Shown here: positions 23,053 to 30,851 of the stretch, piece by piece
Position numbering within the stretch: the first letter of the stretch is position 1
Layout of the letters: each line of letters starts with the position of its first letter
Virus record (IMG/VR): IMGVR_UViG_3300045988_172778
Span: 64,001 to 128,000 of that record
Origin: a virus
DNA length: 64,000 bases
Strand: one strand, 5' to 3'
Translations under genes and position numbers: made by a program
The notes under the pieces: model-generated
What the model was told of the DNA's origin: nothing
Database searches by the model: none
Seen by the model: the letters and a program-made list of their open reading frames with translations, nothing else

Positions 23053-23326
23053 TAAATTAGCGAAACTTTTAGACGAGGCGGGAGTGCCTTATACCAGAAA
23101 ACCGATTTGGGATGGAGAGCAAATTCGCATTGAGGTGCTTTGCGATGCGGTTTGTCATAATTTTTCTTATGGGAATGAAAATGACCTTTTAGAAATTATA
23201 GGTGCCGTAACAGAAGAAGAGTGCGAATTTAGTGATGTTTTAGGGTTTTTAACACCCGAAGAGGTCGCAAAAAGATTTGAGTATTGTTATCACAATAACA
23301 CAGACACTTATCGCGAGGAAAAATAA
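23033..23326 (+). CDS. hypothetical protein
   Basis: AAGGAG SD; 97 aa. Confidence 0.65.
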   Translation: MKRECIDKLAKLLDEAGVPYTRKPIWDGEQIRIEVLCDAVCHNFSYGNENDLLEIIGAVTEEECEFSDVLGFLTPEEVAKRFEYCYHNNTDTYREEK

Positions 23327-23788
23327 ATGAACGGAATAGTGGAAATAATTATTTTGATAGCTTGTTGTGGAGTTTTAGGCGTTGGCGCTGCTTGTTTTAT
23401 TGGAGAAGGGATATTGGTTCGCCGTTACAAAAAATTTTACGAGACTACCGAAGATGGAAAGAAATTATATTATGCCAGATATATGTTGGATCTTCTTAAA
23501 ATAAAAAAATGCAGCTTTATTAGAAACCAAATGCAATTAAAAGATAAAATAGATGAATATATAGCATATATGCCAGACGATAATGAGAATGGAGAAAATT
23601 TAATAAAATTAAAACTTCAATACAAGTGTAATATCGAAGAATTAAAAAGAATAAATCAAAAAATAGAGGATTTAGAAAAGCAAATCAAAAAAATGGTAGC
23701 AGATTTGCCCAAAAAGTATAAAGGAATTTTAGACTATAACTGGGAAATCGCGAAAGTGGAAGTTAAGGAGGAAGACATATGTTGGTAA
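23327..23788 (+). CDS. hypothetical protein with N-terminal transmembrane helix
   Basis: Hydrophobic N-terminus IVEIIILIACCGVLGVGAACFIG. Confidence 0.65.
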   Translation: MNGIVEIIILIACCGVLGVGAACFIGEGILVRRYKKFYETTEDGKKLYYARYMLDLLKIKKCSFIRNQMQLKDKIDEYIAYMPDDNENGENLIKLKLQYKCNIEELKRINQKIEDLEKQIKKMVADLPKKYKGILDYNWEIAKVEVKEEDICW

Positions 23789-24159
23789 AAGATTGGCTGA
23801 GCGTGGTTGTTCCCGCGTCGAATATTGAGGTTGTATACGGGAATCTCTCGGCATATGGAACAAAGGAAAGCATAGAGGAAGATTACGGGGATTTCGACTT
23901 GAAAAGAGTCGAGCAAGTAGATGATACAGATTTGTTAATTCTTTATGTTTCTAAATATACAGAATGCGATTGTTATCGGACCAAAAAAGTGAGACATTAT
24001 CTTACAGAATACGAAAAAGGATTTTATGCCGCATTACATGGTGGTTCCCCTGTAGATTATATAATTGAAGACCAATCTTATTGTATAGGTACAAAAGAGT
24101 GCGAATTTTGTACCTGTGGTGGAGATAAAAGAAAGTGTGATTTTTATCCTGCTAAATAA
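23779..24159 (+). CDS. hypothetical Cys-rich protein
   Basis: AAGGAGG SD; 126 aa. Confidence 0.65.
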   Translation: MLVKDWLSVVVPASNIEVVYGNLSAYGTKESIEEDYGDFDLKRVEQVDDTDLLILYVSKYTECDCYRTKKVRHYLTEYEKGFYAALHGGSPVDYIIEDQSYCIGTKECEFCTCGGDKRKCDFYPAK

Positions 24160-24193
24160 AATCGGAATTTTATCAAAAACCTCGTTCAAACAG

Positions 24194-24222
24194 TTGACAA
24201 ACGGATTTCGGTGTGCTATAAT
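24194..24222 (+). promoter_or_regulatory. promoter cassette 3
   Basis: TTGACA, 17 nt, TGcTATAAT. Confidence 0.7.
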
Positions 24223-24251
24223 AAAGCCACAGATTGAGTAAAGGAGTAAAT

Positions 24252-24368
24252 ATGAGAGAAGATTATACTTTTTGTTATGATAATGTTCCTATTGACTTTA
24301 AAGCTTATGTGCTAAATCAACTTAGAAATTTGGGTTATTTTAATTGGCTTAGAGATGAACCTAGATGA
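24252..24368 (+). CDS. small hypothetical protein (38 aa)
   Basis: AAGGAG SD; first ORF after the promoter; too short to appear in the ORF track. Confidence 0.45.
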   Translation: MREDYTFCYDNVPIDFKAYVLNQLRNLGYFNWLRDEPR

Positions 24369-24504
24369 ATTAAAGAAGAGGAAGATTTTTTAAATTATCC
24401 CTTACATAGAAAGGGAAATAAAACGAGACCAAAAAAGAATAAGAGAAGCCAAGGAATTTCTTAAACGAATAAAAGAGCACCCTGATGAAGAGTATGGGAA
24501 ATAC

Positions 24505-24921
24505 GTGAAAGACGAAACCGAGAAATGGCAGGCGCAGTATAATACCAAAATTAATAACGAAACAGATTATGCCACTGAGCGCATTAAATACCTGAAACGC
24601 CGTGCCGATGAGTTGCAGTCTTTTCTTAATAGTTGGGAGACGCCTGATGAATATTACAACGTGACTGAAACTTTGAATAATCAGCTTCGGACTGTAAGAA
24701 AAGAAGTCAAAGAGCAGCAAGAAGATAGAAAACTGTTTTATGACAACCTTGAAGACAAACCCGTTATAGCGTCTAAGGAAGTTTATCTGGAAGATATTAA
24801 AGAACAGTGTGAAGACATTATAAAGAGAAGTCGGAATTGGATTTCTGATAATAAAAGAAATATCGAAAGAATGAAAAAGCAACTCGCCCGCCTCAGTCGT
24901 GGATGTTTGTTGAAGAGATAG
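24505..24921 (+). CDS. coiled-coil hypothetical protein; true 5' end uncertain (see finding)
   Basis: GTG 24505 has no SD. Coding-like open frame extends upstream to TAA 24391. Confidence 0.6.
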   Translation: MKDETEKWQAQYNTKINNETDYATERIKYLKRRADELQSFLNSWETPDEYYNVTETLNNQLRTVRKEVKEQQEDRKLFYDNLEDKPVIASKEVYLEDIKEQCEDIIKRSRNWISDNKRNIERMKKQLARLSRGCLLKR

Positions 24922-24949
24922 AAATAAGATAAAAACAAGGAGAGAAACA

Positions 24950-25282
24950 ATGATTAAAATTTGGGTTGATGATGAAAGAGAAATGCCAAAAGACTATAGT
25001 TGTACCGCTTGTACAACTAGATGTGCTCTTTATTTTATCAAGAAAGCTTTTTATAATAAAGATGATGTAGAAATTTCTCTCGATCATGATGCTGGAAAAT
25101 ATGCTGATATGGGCGGGGATTATATTAAAATTTTAGAGAAATTGGAAGCTTTATCTTATGAATATCCAATGGTTAAAGATTATATCAAAAACAAAATGGT
25201 CTTCCATCTTCATACTGCAAATCCAGTCGGAAGAGACAATATGAGAAGAATTATTCAGAAAAATGGTTGGAAGGAAGTATGA
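24950..25282 (+). CDS. cREC (cyclic-phosphate processing receiver-like) domain protein
   Basis: Motifs: IWVDDEREMP .. ISLDHDAG .. HLHTANPVGRDNM. Confidence 0.6.
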   Translation: MIKIWVDDEREMPKDYSCTACTTRCALYFIKKAFYNKDDVEISLDHDAGKYADMGGDYIKILEKLEALSYEYPMVKDYIKNKMVFHLHTANPVGRDNMRRIIQKNGWKEV

Positions 25283-25386
25283 AAGATAGAGATAATTTAA
25301 AATAAGTATAAAAATATAGCGTCAACTAATTTTATACTATAATATATAATTAAATTATAAAAATTATTTGGAGGTGCCATTGAAAT

Positions 25387-26502
25387 ATGGTAGGATTTAT
25401 TTTAGGTTTAATTGCTATTGCAATTGGTGTTATTGTTGGAGCAGTTCTTAAGGGATACTCTATTATGGAAGCTGTAACTAACTCTAATAATGAAAGAGTT
25501 AAGGTTAAGACCAATCCTCTTAAGAAATATGCAGTCATTCCTATTGCAGCTGGAATTGTTTTAGGGTGTATTGGTACATTCTGTGGTAGTGTTGTGTCGG
25601 TAACTACAGGTAATACTGGTGTTGTATCTACTTTCGGTAAAGTTGAAAACTATACTCTTGAGTCAGGGTTCCATTTTAAAGCTCCTTGGAATACTGTAAC
25701 AGAGATGGATAATAGAGTTCAGAAGCAGACTATTGAAATGAAATGCTTTAGCTCTGATATTCAGGAAGTTAGTATGAAATATACTCTTAACTATCAAATT
25801 GATCGTGCTAATGCACAGGAAATTTATAGAACTATAGGTAAAGATTATTATTCAACTATTATTGAACCTAATATTACTGAGGCTGTAAAAGTTGCTTCTG
25901 CTCAGTATACCGCAGAAAAGCTAGTTCAAACTAGAAGTGAATTAGCAGATGATATTGAAAAACTATTGAGAGAAAATCTTAATAAATATCATATTAATGT
26001 AAGTTCAACTGCTATTGAGGATATGGATTTTACGGATGCTTTCACTAATGCAGTAGAAGCAAAGCAGGTTGCAGAACAGAAGAAGAAACAAGCAGAAATT
26101 GAACAGTCTCAGCAACTTGCTCAAGCTGAAAATGATAAGAAAATTGCTGAAACAAAAGCTAAAGCTGAAGCTGAGGTAGCAAAGATTAAAGCAGAAGCAG
26201 ATATGGAAGTAGCTAAGATTGAAGCTGATACAGCTGAATATGCAGGTCAGAAAAATGCAGCTATTGCACTTCAAGGACTTGCCTCTACAAATGGGTGGAC
26301 AGTTGTAACTTATAAAAATCCTGATGGTGCTTCTATCAATAAGCTTCTTAAATCTGATGGTGAAGTTGTAACTCAAGCTGAACTTGAAATTGGTGTTAAG
26401 AATTATCTTGAAAAACTTAAAAATGATAAATGGGATGGTAAGTTGCCTGTTTACTATCTTGGATCTGATGGAAGTATTACAACTGTAATTCCTACACCAT
26501 GA
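25387..26502 (+). CDS. SPFH/prohibitin (band 7) family membrane protein
   Basis: N-terminal TM helices; GNTGVVSTFGKV..FHFKAPW..; A/E/K-rich coiled coil. Confidence 0.75.
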   Translation: MVGFILGLIAIAIGVIVGAVLKGYSIMEAVTNSNNERVKVKTNPLKKYAVIPIAAGIVLGCIGTFCGSVVSVTTGNTGVVSTFGKVENYTLESGFHFKAPWNTVTEMDNRVQKQTIEMKCFSSDIQEVSMKYTLNYQIDRANAQEIYRTIGKDYYSTIIEPNITEAVKVASAQYTAEKLVQTRSELADDIEKLLRENLNKYHINVSSTAIEDMDFTDAFTNAVEAKQVAEQKKKQAEIEQSQQLAQAENDKKIAETKAKAEAEVAKIKAEADMEVAKIEADTAEYAGQKNAAIALQGLASTNGWTVVTYKNPDGASINKLLKSDGEVVTQAELEIGVKNYLEKLKNDKWDGKLPVYYLGSDGSITTVIPTP

Positions 26503-26792
26503 AGGGGATGAAGAACATGAGAATAATTTGTAATTCAATTGGTCTTAATATAGAAACAGAGGTAATATTTGCTGGGAGAAGGTTAGTAACGCAAGGTCTA
26601 TCAATTAAACAATTATGCGATTTGTGGAAATGGTATTATCATATTTCATCATTTGAAAAAGTTGAAATTGTATTTTGTCATGATAAAGATTACAATGCAA
26701 TAAATCAGAAAACCTTGTCAAGTTCCAAATCGGTAAAAGAAATGCTTGAAGAAGAAGGTTTCGTTTGTAAAAAATTTGACGAGGTTTTTTGA
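26499..26792 (+). CDS. hypothetical protein (start may be 26508 or 26517)
   Basis: ATGA overlap with the upstream stop. Confidence 0.55.
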   Translation: MKGMKNMRIICNSIGLNIETEVIFAGRRLVTQGLSIKQLCDLWKWYYHISSFEKVEIVFCHDKDYNAINQKTLSSSKSVKEMLEEEGFVCKKFDEVF

Positions 26793-26793
26793 T

Positions 26794-27123
26794 ATGTGTG
26801 ATTGCAAACATTGTAGTGAAAGGTTTAATTTCGACCCAAAAGATGGGAAAGAATATTCTTATTGCGTTTGTTTGCGCGATGATAATTATCTCGAATATTG
26901 TTTTGCCGAAGATGGCGGTAAATGCCGCCTTTACGAACCGCCAGAAGATAAAATCTGCCGAAACATAACCAAAGAAAATCCCGTAGATGATTTCGTTTGC
27001 TCGAAGTGCGGCGTTCATTTATACGACTGGATTAGAGTACGCGATGAGGATTATTACGAATACGAGTTTAAGTATTGCCCGAATTGCGGGGGCAAGGTGG
27101 TGGAAGATGGTAAAGTCTTGTAA
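26794..27123 (+). CDS. Cys-rich zinc-ribbon protein
   Basis: MCDCKHC.. CSKCG .. CPNCG. Confidence 0.6.
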   Translation: MCDCKHCSERFNFDPKDGKEYSYCVCLRDDNYLEYCFAEDGGKCRLYEPPEDKICRNITKENPVDDFVCSKCGVHLYDWIRVRDEDYYEYEFKYCPNCGGKVVEDGKVL

Positions 27124-27340
27124 GTATTGCTCACTTAGAAAAATTGACGGGCATTGGGACTTCCGTTGTTCGCACGAAGGTAATTATTTGCAAAAATGCG
27201 CAAATGGGTTTAATCGGTCTTGTGACTTGTTTAAAGAAGAACCGAAAGGTGCTATTGTCAGAATTACATATAGCGGTCCAAGAGCAGAGATGCTAAAGCT
27301 CTTGGAAGAATTGGGCGGTTCAATAGAAGAAGATAAATAA
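27107..27340 (+). CDS. small Cys-rich protein
   Basis: AAGGTGG SD; starts MVKSCKYC. Confidence 0.6.
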   Translation: MVKSCKYCSLRKIDGHWDFRCSHEGNYLQKCANGFNRSCDLFKEEPKGAIVRITYSGPRAEMLKLLEELGGSIEEDK

Positions 27341-27352
27341 AAAAAATTTTTG

Positions 27353-27385
27353 GTCAACTGTGTAAAAACAGTTGACTTTTCTTTT
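27353..27385 (+). terminator. terminator hairpin containing the next -35 box
   Basis: Stem gtcaactgt/acagttgac followed by TTTTCTTTT. Confidence 0.65.
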
Positions 27386-27400
27386 CGGTTATGTTATAAT
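27372..27400 (+). promoter_or_regulatory. promoter cassette 4
   Basis: TTGACT, 17 nt, TGtTATAAT. Confidence 0.7.
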
Positions 27401-27429
27401 CAAATTATCAAGTTAAAGGAGTGGTTTTC

Positions 27430-27765
27430 ATGAAAGACTATAAAAAATTAACCTTTAAAAGATTGGTAGAACCTTACGATGACGATTGCGAAGAAACCGA
27501 AAACGCGTCTACCGCAAGTTACGAGGAAATTTTAGAACGCCTTGCTGAATTAGAAGATAAAATCGAGGACGGAACACTTGTTGAATTACCGTGCAAATGT
27601 ATAGAAGAATTAGACATTATTAAAGACGGAATGATTTTTATTTTTTATAAAATGTGTTTAGAACAAAATTTGGGACAAGGGGTTTTTCTCGAATACAAAT
27701 CAAAAATCAATGAGTGGTTTAAAAGCTATTTAAAAAACAAAGGATTACAGGAGAAAGAGAAATGA
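27430..27765 (+). CDS. hypothetical protein, MKDYK-LTFK paralog A
   Basis: AAAGGAG SD; N-terminus is paralogous to the next gene. Confidence 0.65.
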   Translation: MKDYKKLTFKRLVEPYDDDCEETENASTASYEEILERLAELEDKIEDGTLVELPCKCIEELDIIKDGMIFIFYKMCLEQNLGQGVFLEYKSKINEWFKSYLKNKGLQEKEK

Positions 27766-28250
27766 AAGACTATAAAAGATTGACTTTTAAAAAAAGTAAA
27801 AACATATCTTCTGCAAGTTACGACGAATTATTAAATCGTCTTACCGATCTGGAAGATAAAATCGAAAACGGAACTCTTATTGAGGTTGAGTCGCCTTGTA
27901 CAGAAGAAAAGTTTGATTATATTTGCAAGTATTATGAGAATGGCTTGTGTCATCTTGGTGAGGAATTATTTGGTACTCCACCTCAGTTTCAGTTGTGTGA
28001 TTGTATAAATGACTTTGAAAATTGTATGGGTTCTAAACCAATTAAATATGAAAAAGAACAGAAGATTGGCATAACTCTTAAAGAAATCAAACAGGATGCC
28101 ATTACACAATTAATCAATCTTGTAAATAAAAAATTGAATACATTGTGTAATAATAAACGCAACACCAAATTATCGGCTTTTTATTTATCCAATATGATAA
28201 AAGAAGCTTTACATGAACTTGGATATGAGGTTCGAATATATGAAATGTAA
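27762..28250 (+). CDS. hypothetical protein, MKDYK-LTFK paralog B carrying a Cys-rich NGLCH..DFENC module
   Basis: ATGA overlap with the upstream stop; shares modules with 27430 and 28240. Confidence 0.65.
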   Translation: MKDYKRLTFKKSKNISSASYDELLNRLTDLEDKIENGTLIEVESPCTEEKFDYICKYYENGLCHLGEELFGTPPQFQLCDCINDFENCMGSKPIKYEKEQKIGITLKEIKQDAITQLINLVNKKLNTLCNNKRNTKLSAFYLSNMIKEALHELGYEVRIYEM

Positions 28251-28821
28251 ATTTTATTCTGAATATATTTGTAATCATTATGGGAATGGCTTGTGTCATT
28301 ATTTTGAGCACTTTGGTGGTCTGCCTCAATCGTGTAATCATATAAATGATTTTGAAAATTGCATTTGTTTTGAGCCAATTGAATATGAAAAAGAGTCATT
28401 CCCTTATAGTTTAAATAGAGTGGAAGGAAAGGTACTTTTTAGGTTGTTTAAAGAATATAGAAAAGACCAAGATAAGTTAGATAAATTAGTAGAAGCATTT
28501 GAATCTTATTTATCAAATGCTGTTAAAAGTCCTGCTAATGCAGAAGGCAAATGCGATAATGAAGATACTTTATATAGAATCATAAAAGAAAGAATTGAAG
28601 ATAAGGAGGAACCATATCCTTCTACTTTAAAATATGATAAAGTAGAAACTGTGAAACTAATGCCTGATAATGGTATAGATAAAAGAGCTTTAACAATTCA
28701 AAACTGTGATAAAATTATTCTAAAACCAAAAAGTCTTGAAGTAGAAGTTAAAATTGAAAAAGATAATTTTGATGATTTTGATTATATTATTATAAATGAA
28801 CATAAGTTTAAGAGGATATAA
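28240..28821 (+). CDS. hypothetical protein with MKCKFYSE / NGLCH..DFENC Cys-rich module
   Basis: ATG 28240; near-identical DNA stretch aatggcttgtgtcat shared with 27762..28250. Confidence 0.6.
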   Translation: MKCKFYSEYICNHYGNGLCHYFEHFGGLPQSCNHINDFENCICFEPIEYEKESFPYSLNRVEGKVLFRLFKEYRKDQDKLDKLVEAFESYLSNAVKSPANAEGKCDNEDTLYRIIKERIEDKEEPYPSTLKYDKVETVKLMPDNGIDKRALTIQNCDKIILKPKSLEVEVKIEKDNFDDFDYIIINEHKFKRI

Positions 28822-28824
28822 ATT

Positions 28825-29211
28825 ATGGTTATAGAAGTTTATAGTAAAAAAGATTCTAATAATTATAGAATTTATGAAAAAGTAGTAGATGTTATTGATT
28901 TAATAGATAGAGTTCAGTTTACTGTTTATAAGCCTAATCACGAATCTTATAGGTTTGACTATGACGAATACGATTGGAGAGAATTAACTATGGATGAAGC
29001 TATAGCTCGTGGAATTTGCATTAAAGAGAATGAAAACCTTAAATACACACTAACTGTAAATGACTCTGGATATGGAATGAATTGCATAAAGTGTGAAAGA
29101 ATTATTTTTATTAAACCTAAGGCTGGAGATTCTGTAGAGTTAGATTCTAAAAAATTATCTGAACTCGATTGGATAAATATAAACGGGATTAAATTTAAGA
29201 GAGAAAAATAA
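28825..29211 (+). CDS. hypothetical protein
   Basis: AAGAGGA SD; 128 aa. Confidence 0.65.
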   Translation: MVIEVYSKKDSNNYRIYEKVVDVIDLIDRVQFTVYKPNHESYRFDYDEYDWRELTMDEAIARGICIKENENLKYTLTVNDSGYGMNCIKCERIIFIKPKAGDSVELDSKKLSELDWININGIKFKREK

Positions 29212-29414
29212 TGTCAGATATGATAGAAAGTAAAGAAACAGAAAGATTATATAATTCTCCAGAATTTTTTACTTACAGAGAATCTATAATTGAAGAAATG
29301 AAAAATCTTAATGCAACTAAAGAAGAACTGGCTTTACTGGCTGACAATACAGTTATAAATGGATTAGTAAATAAAAGAAATCCAAAATCAGTAGCTCTTG
29401 CCGTTCTACAATAA
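29211..29414 (+). CDS. hypothetical protein
   Basis: TAATG overlap with the upstream stop; 67 aa. Confidence 0.55.
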   Translation: MSDMIESKETERLYNSPEFFTYRESIIEEMKNLNATKEELALLADNTVINGLVNKRNPKSVALAVLQ

Positions 29415-29440
29415 AAGATTTAAGGAGAAGGATTAAATAT

Positions 29441-29716
29441 ATGAAAATTCTAATAAATAAAACTTATCAACCTTTTTATAATGCTGTGCCTCAAGAATTT
29501 TATGATGCGTATAATATAACTGGTGTAGACCAACTTTGTTTAAGCAGAAAAGATCCAAGATTGATTAAATGGTTGGAGGATCACCCAGAGCAACAGCATC
29601 GCACTATTTGGGTAGAAGAAGTTCCAAAAGGGACTAAATATAGAATTGTTGTATTAGAAAGTGGTTGCGAAGATATTGAATGTTTTGATGACATTGTGTG
29701 GGAAATTGCAGATTAA
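29441..29716 (+). CDS. hypothetical protein
   Basis: AAGGAGAAGG SD. Confidence 0.65.
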   Translation: MKILINKTYQPFYNAVPQEFYDAYNITGVDQLCLSRKDPRLIKWLEDHPEQQHRTIWVEEVPKGTKYRIVVLESGCEDIECFDDIVWEIAD

Positions 29717-29732
29717 TAGGAGGATTGAATAT

Positions 29733-30182
29733 ATGAAATGCAAGTTTTATTCGGAAGAGATAGGCAAATGCTTATTTGATGGACCACCAGATGATTGTCC
29801 TTTTGAAAATAATGAAGATAATTGCGCTTGTTTTGAACCCAAAATGATTGAATACGGAAGCAGCGACGTGCATAATGACGAAGACGAGTTTTACAAGAAA
29901 TATTGCAGAGGATGCAGTTCGTTGGTGTGCAGTGGCGTCAGAGATACGATCGCAAGAGAGGGTTGTAGATATTATCGGCATGAAATGAAGAAAGAAACTC
30001 CCGACAATTTGCCTTTACCCGAAGGCGTCATACCACTCAAGGGCTACAAAATCGCATTGCCGAAATATTCCGCAAGGATTTCAATTGGCAGTTTGCAAAT
30101 AAATTTAACTGACAAAACGTTCACCGAAGAGCAAATCAAAAATATGAAAGAAATGCTTGGTTGGGAGGTTGAAAACTTATAA
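29733..30182 (+). CDS. hypothetical protein with MKCKFYSE Cys-rich module
   Basis: AGGAGG SD; MKCKFYSEEIGKC..CPFENNEDNCACFEP. Confidence 0.65.
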   Translation: MKCKFYSEEIGKCLFDGPPDDCPFENNEDNCACFEPKMIEYGSSDVHNDEDEFYKKYCRGCSSLVCSGVRDTIAREGCRYYRHEMKKETPDNLPLPEGVIPLKGYKIALPKYSARISIGSLQINLTDKTFTEEQIKNMKEMLGWEVENL

Positions 30183-30547
30183 TGGAAATTTTGCGAGTGA
30201 TATTTTTCATACAAGCAGGAGTAACTATTTCTCTTTCCGTTGGATTGATAACAGAAGGTATTTCGTCAGGTAAATTTGGAATTTTAAATTTACTTGTGAG
30301 ATCGACGGTTTTGAATAAATTTGGAAAAATTTTTTCAATTATATTATATGTACTTATTAGCCCGTTTTGGGCGATAGTGGATACATTGTGGCTTACAATG
30401 ACATATAAGAAGGATAATGTAAAATGCAATAACTGCGGGGAAAGTTTTTATGCAAAAACCGCTGAGAAGGCACCCGCCATTACGGGTGTTGCAAAATGTC
30501 CTCATTGTGGTGAGTTTAATGTGATAGATAAAGGAGAGCAAAAATGA
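30182..30547 (+). CDS. membrane protein with C-terminal zinc ribbon
   Basis: Hydrophobic segments; CNNCG..CPHCG. Confidence 0.6.
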   Translation: MEILRVIFFIQAGVTISLSVGLITEGISSGKFGILNLLVRSTVLNKFGKIFSIILYVLISPFWAIVDTLWLTMTYKKDNVKCNNCGESFYAKTAEKAPAITGVAKCPHCGEFNVIDKGEQK

Positions 30548-30657
30548 GATTGGAGCTTGCGAGATATTCTATTAGTTATTACTTTACAGAAAGCGAACTT
30601 GAAAAGGTACGTGCTGAGATTAATTATGCTCTCCGCGTTGCAGATAATGATGAATAA
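30544..30657 (+). CDS. small hypothetical protein (37 aa)
   Basis: ATGA overlap coupling; too short to appear in the ORF track. Confidence 0.4.
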   Translation: MRLELARYSISYYFTESELEKVRAEINYALRVADNDE

Positions 30658-30671
30658 AAGAGGTGTTTTAT

Positions 30672-30851
30672 ATGAAATTAGAACCGATATACAACAGATG
30701 CACAACCGTTTCCACTGCGATGAAAGTTTGTCACTTAAAGGCGATTTTAGAAGATTTGCCCGACGATATGCCTGTGGTAATTCCCGCTCGCGTCGATGAA
30801 AATTACCACATTTTGACAAATTGTGTCGCAAATTCAACATTCTGTACTTGA
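30672..30851 (+). CDS. small hypothetical protein; possibly the N-terminal part of the next gene
   Basis: AGAGGTG SD. The 3' end overlaps the SD-less start of 30823..32589 in the +1 frame. Confidence 0.5.
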   Translation: MKLEPIYNRCTTVSTAMKVCHLKAILEDLPDDMPVVIPARVDENYHILTNCVANSTFCT

